This document shows, one piece after another, positions 59,557 through 64,000 of a stretch of 64,000 nucleotides of DNA. The position numbers and the translations under genes are program-made. Position 1 is the first letter of the stretch; every line of letters begins with the position of its first letter. Source of the stretch: Tubulanus polymorphus (Eukaryota > Animalia > Nemertea). The stretch lies in assembly GCF_964204645.1 (NCBI RefSeq), contig NC_134035.1, forward strand, positions 8,960,451 to 9,024,450. The letters run 5' to 3'. The notes under the pieces are model-generated. The model was given only the letters and a program-made list of their open reading frames with translations. It did no database searches and was not told the DNA's origin.

Positions 59557-60849
59557 CTAAAACATAGAAGGTACCAGTGTATATGAATCCATTAATGAAG
59601 GCATTTATACTAGAAAACCTCTTTTAACATGTATTATTTGTGGGTCTTCTTTTACCTTCAAATTGTCTTGTTTAGCAGTAGCCCACATGAATGCTTTACT
59701 TGGACCTCCTTTCGCTATCACAACTATCACTTTACCCCACATCGTATATCGTTGAGATCTTTCACACATCCTCTCAACCAATGGAATCACTGATGTTCCT
59801 GGACTTCAGGTCGGTAGATGCACGTAATGGATGGCTGACCAAACTCTTTAAACAGCTTTTAACCCAGATCCCGATAGGACAGTAGCGACCATCGCGTTTT
59901 ACCAAGATGAAGTCAGCAGCTACAAAAACAATGCACAAAACAAACCTTTGTCTAAATGAAGTAGGACTGATTTACATACACATATAATAAAATGGCTTTC
60001 GTGTTTCTTACCTATAAAATCTGTTTGTGTTTTGCCATTTTCATCATTATTTTCCCGTTTAATTATCTCTCGTAGCAAGTTTTCCGAATCGTTTTTCAGT
60101 TGTTTCTTAATTCTATCTATTTCGGATGTTTCTACACCCCACTGTAGTAGAGTCGTTTCTATCGACTGCGCTGTTGTATTATCGCTGGTGATTGGCTCGT
60201 TTATGCGACCGACTCTACATATGAAACCCGTGATGAATACGAATATTTTATACGAATGTCATGATTGGTTGATCACAGCGCCCTCTATATGCGATAACTC
60301 GAATTTGGAAAGATAGATTATTTACTCCATCAGCCGCTGAAAGGAATTTCATTTATTGAACTTCTAAAAGCTTATAATCCATAAATCATTGACGTGTTTA
60401 TTCGACATACCTGTTGGACCTGGTTGATGGAATCGCTCTATGAATACATAATCTCCCGGCTCAGACCGCGACAGTAAAGTGACAGTCTTGTTACAGATAT
60501 TCTCCTGATCAGAATCACTATGGATAGAAGCTTGTTCCTTGTGACCCGTTGCTATTCTGAATTTTCTGACCGAAATCTTCAGAAAAATTCAGAACAATCT
60601 CCTATAGAATTCACCAATACATCGATAAATGTAAAACGTTAGATACGACAGTAATTACCTTGTCATTCGAGGAATCGAGATGTTGCAGAAATCTTCGTAT
60701 ATTTTCACTAACCACATTCTTCAAGTCAGTTTTTATATCTATTTCGTGTATCTCTACACAAACATCTCCCGGTATATCGTATCTATGAGGTACGTAGTTA
60801 CACAATACTAATGTTTCAGGGCAACTAATTCCTGCTTTACACATTAATA
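58357..60849 (-). pseudogene. CARNS1: Carnosine synthase 1-like (ATP-grasp) gene, 5'-incomplete and frameshifted
   Basis: Exons 60849-60659, 60576-60411, 60336-60012, 59919-59656, 59556-58357. Motifs PLVERMCERS, GGPSKAFMW, DFTDHTRDEQHA, IDGCCTIWEDC, AKQKSSTQ, KREFGAASVG, GVFNVDI..GPKLIEINARMGGFY resemble CARNS1. Lesions: 28-nt insertion, frameshift near 59800-59850, apparent in-frame deletion before KREFG, foldback element at 5' edge. Confidence 0.8.
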
Positions 60850-61261
60850 CGGAAGCGATAAGGGGCCTCGAGATGTCGCGTTCCAACTCGTCAAGTCGTC
60901 ATATTTATGTCGACATATCGCGATATATCGCGTCAAGTCGACATGAATATGTCGTCATATCGTGACGTTTTCACGACAAATTTCGCTTTCTCGACCACTT
61001 TCCTCGCGACAAGTCGACATATTCACGACGACTTGAAACTCAGTCGTCATATTACTGGTGTCCTCATCTTACATTTAGACGTGTCTTTAAATGACGGTTT
61101 GTCCCGTGGAAAATGGGCGAAAAAGCGAAATTTGTCGTGAAAACGTCACGATATGTCGACATATTCATGTCGACTTGACGCGATATATCGCGATATGTCG
61201 ACATAAATATAGCGACTTGTCGAGTTGGAACGCGACATCTCGAGGCCCCTTATCGCTTCCG
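60850..61261. mobile_element. Foldback MITE with ~165-bp TIRs, TA target duplication
   Basis: TA-CGGAAGCGATAAGGGGCCTCGAGATGTCGCG...CGCGACATCTCGAGGCCCCTTATCGCTTCCG-TA. Confidence 0.92.
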
Positions 61262-61618
61262 TACCTACTGGCCAAATTTGACCTGGGTCAAAACGCTCGT
61301 GCTTGAATCGGGTGAATGAAATGAGTTAGGAAACATTTGTGGATGCAGAATCAAAATTAGAACTTCAACGCCGGCATTTCTAACATTATCCAAAACGTGT
61401 GCATTTCCGTTAATGTATTTGGAGGATTCGAAAATAACTACATGTATTACTTACGTGACTATGAATGTATACATAAATAGATTTCCAGAATGAATAGATA
61501 AGGCAATTTGGTTTTGATCGCATTCGAATAGACGAATTATATTCTGGAGTTCACTGCACAATGTAGTTTCATTAAGTGGATGCGGCTGCGCTTGCGCTTA
61601 AAGACAATCGTTGAAAAA

Positions 61619-62629
61619 ATGTCTCATTCTGTTGTAAATACGACGATACAATATGAACCTGTCTACTGGCCGGCACAAATCGAAAATGCGTTTATAGCTG
61701 ATGTAAAGAATATGAGAGCTACTCAATACTGGTTAACACTGCTAGTTCTACCCGCTGTAGTCGTCATTGGTATTTTCGGCAATTCGATGACACTGTTTAT
61801 GATGCAGATGAAGCTGCGGACTCGAACCTATTCGGTTTATTTCTCCGTAATCGCCGTCACCGATTCGGTCATACTCGTAGCCAGATTTCTATTTTGGGTG
61901 AACTTTTTGTTCAGGTGTTTAGGACGAGATATCGTGATCACGTTCCGCAGCACGTTAGCGTGCATCGCTATCAACAATTTCATGCATATCTTCCAGAATA
62001 TGTCATCTTGGTTTATCGTAGTTGTGTCCGTGGAGCGTTTGGCCTGCGTATCACACCCGTTCGTCACCAGACGATTAAACCGAGTTAAAACGGCCCGAGT
62101 CATCGCTGTCTTTGTAATTCTGCTATGCATGCCTTCGGGGTTTATACTCTATTTCACCGTCCGATATCATGTAACACAAATGAGATGCGTATACATGAAT
62201 TATGATAATATGATTTATAAATTAAAGATTGCGTTTTCCTTCACTGTTTTCTTCATACCGGCTATTATCATCTTCATGGCGAACTTTTTACTGTTGACCG
62301 TTCTTTATTTTAGACGTTTCAACGGGCGCCGAAGTGAACGGGCAGAAAAGTCCGATTCTAAGACGAACAGAGTCGTCCAAATGACTCTAGTCGTGACATT
62401 TTCATTTCTGGTATTATGCGCGCCCCATTGGATTTTCCAGACCATAGAAGCATACGAATCAGATATACCGATCGTCAAGGTTTTAGATGACTTGTTAACT
62501 TTGCTTTACGTCACTAATTACGGCATCAACTTTTTTCTCTATGTAATTACCGGTGTCGAAATAAGGAACGAGCTTCATAAAATTATCCTCTTTTGTTTTT
62601 GTTCAAGGCGGAATAAGGACTCTCAATAG
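61619..62629 (+). CDS. Intronless rhodopsin-like (class A) GPCR, FMRFamide/peptide-receptor-like orphan; alternative start 61580
   Basis: Seven hydrophobic segments; GIFGN (TM1), IAVTD (TM2), SVERLACVSHP (TM3), FIP (TM5), CAP (TM6), NYGINFFLY (TM7); N-glycosylation sequon NTT. Confidence 0.92.
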   Translation: MSHSVVNTTIQYEPVYWPAQIENAFIADVKNMRATQYWLTLLVLPAVVVIGIFGNSMTLFMMQMKLRTRTYSVYFSVIAVTDSVILVARFLFWVNFLFRCLGRDIVITFRSTLACIAINNFMHIFQNMSSWFIVVVSVERLACVSHPFVTRRLNRVKTARVIAVFVILLCMPSGFILYFTVRYHVTQMRCVYMNYDNMIYKLKIAFSFTVFFIPAIIIFMANFLLLTVLYFRRFNGRRSERAEKSDSKTNRVVQMTLVVTFSFLVLCAPHWIFQTIEAYESDIPIVKVLDDLLTLLYVTNYGINFFLYVITGVEIRNELHKIILFCFCSRRNKDSQ

Positions 62630-62924
62630 GAGGGAAGGGGGTCGAGGAGGAAGGAACCCATATCTGTTAATTCATGTTTATCCATCATAAAATCATTGGT
62701 CTATCTTTATTTCGGGACTCGTGTCTTGAAAAATTATTATCTTAAAATTACATTTGAAAGCAGAAGAAGGCAATTAGATCAAATACTTAAGAAAAAACAA
62801 TGATCTTAAAACCACTTTCGAAAGCAATAGAGACTAATGGTACGATTGAGTAACGTCCGCCCAAATCGGATCTTTTGGCACTGCAAAAATGTGTCCTACT
62901 TGACCCCGTATCCGAGTTCAAACT

Positions 62925-63352
62925 CTCTCCTGAAATTGATTACTAGAATTGATTGTTTTAGTTGATCAAGTTCTGTGTGTTTTGTTCATAAGAATAGTTG
63001 ATGAAAAATCTTCTCTTTTACGTTGTTTGGGATTCTCCATATGTACCGGGGTCGTAGATAAAAAAAGCTGCAGCTTTTATTTATCTACACCCCGGCATTT
63101 TTTGTAATGATATTTTAGCGCTGATGCTAATGATGAATTGGGATCATTTCGAACTGGGAGACCTCTGAACAGAATCATACAGATTCGTAAATTTGTTCTA
63201 CAGAAGGGGCGTTTAGAAACGACTGTCAAACAATTAGTTAGACTGGTTACCGGTGTCTACCTTCAATCATTACGACAGGCAACCAGTCTATCAGTGGTGC
63301 TTCTACTTGAAACTCCGTAGGTGGCAGCACTTTTTGGTCCCCTAGCGGAATT
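62925..63352 (+). repeat. Diverged direct repeat, copy 2
   Basis: CAAGTTCTGT.TGTTTTGTTCATAAGA, TCTCTTTTACGTTGTTTG, ATGAATTGGGATCATTTC.AACTGGGAGA.CTCTGAAC, AGAAACGACTGTCAAACAAT, CCCCTAGCGGAATTT in the same order as copy 1. Confidence 0.85.
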
Positions 63353-63430
63353 TTTCCAAACTATTCTGAAGTTACTCCACGCCCGTAGATACTGGTCTAT
63401 TTTGTACCGTTGAAAAAGCCGCCATTTTGT
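63318..63430. promoter_or_regulatory. Promoter-like motif cluster (CTCF-like TAGGTGGCAGCA and CCCCTAGCGG; YY1 GCCGCCATTTTG)
   Basis: Motif matches only; YY1 consensus at 63418-63429. Confidence 0.4.
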
Positions 63431-64000
63431 ATCGTTTTGTATTGCTACGCTAATTAGTTTTCACATTCTCCGCTCACTGGCAGCACCTTACGGCAGTAAG
63501 GGGAGTGAGTTATAAAACGGTTTGATAGGACGCACCGACCCTTTCAGGTATTTGCCTAATACCGACTTTCTGAGAGTTTTGGAGACAGTAAATGATTCGC
63601 ATCATTGCGAGTAAACTTATACCAAAAAGGGTAAGCGCTAAATACAAAAATTCTGCTGATCTAGGCCGCCTATAGTCTGAATACCAGTCGTCGTTACCGG
63701 TCCCAAGTCGGAACCTACGCAACGACGTTGTTTGTTGAACAACGTCTGCAGCTACTAGGTACTAGACTATCAGTCTGATTACTCCAAAATAAGGCCCACC
63801 AAGACTCAAGAGAAGACCAAGTCGGAATCTTGAACACGTTGATTGGCATCGTATAAATCGCATGGCTTTCCTTCTCGGTGTCGTTCTTAAATTTGTCTTA
63901 TTTTTTACAAAGTGACTATATTTTTTACAGCAAATTGCATTTAAAAATAAGTACATTTTTATGGGCATTTCGTCATCCTCGAATGTCGATATGAATTCCG

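Noticed and set aside
60214-60252. 39-nt GT-AG mini-intron that might rescue CARNS1
   Set aside because: Splicing it leaves the wrong frame and meets a stop.
60577-60601. Upstream TAG acceptor implying another CARNS1 frameshift
   Set aside because: The downstream AAG acceptor (exon start 60576) keeps the frame, so it was not counted as a lesion.

Overview
Eukaryotic (invertebrate animal, probably lophotrochozoan) genomic DNA; no prokaryotic operons, rRNA or CRISPR arrays. Most of the window (6486-55884, +) is one PLEKHA5/6/7 (kramer-like) gene whose 5' end lies upstream. I reconstructed 28 phase-consistent GT-AG exons by hand: the C-terminal half of a WW domain, a PH domain, a 2076-bp symmetric exon with a decapeptide repeat, coiled-coil exons, a Ser/Pro-rich exon and the conserved IPERY C-terminus. 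Its two ~15-17 kb 5' introns hold minisatellites, several MITE families, a SINE, a CR1-like fragment and palindromic Penelope-like remnants with hammerhead-like cores. Downstream are a 5'-incomplete, frameshifted carnosine-synthase-like (CARNS1, ATP-grasp) pseudogene (-) and an intronless class A GPCR (+). These two sit between diverged direct copies of the PLEKHA 3'-end region. I found no clearly new biological system; the best leads are the repeat-flanked cassette, the giant repeat exon and the hammerhead-like palindromes. Family assignments rest on recalled motifs, not database searches.
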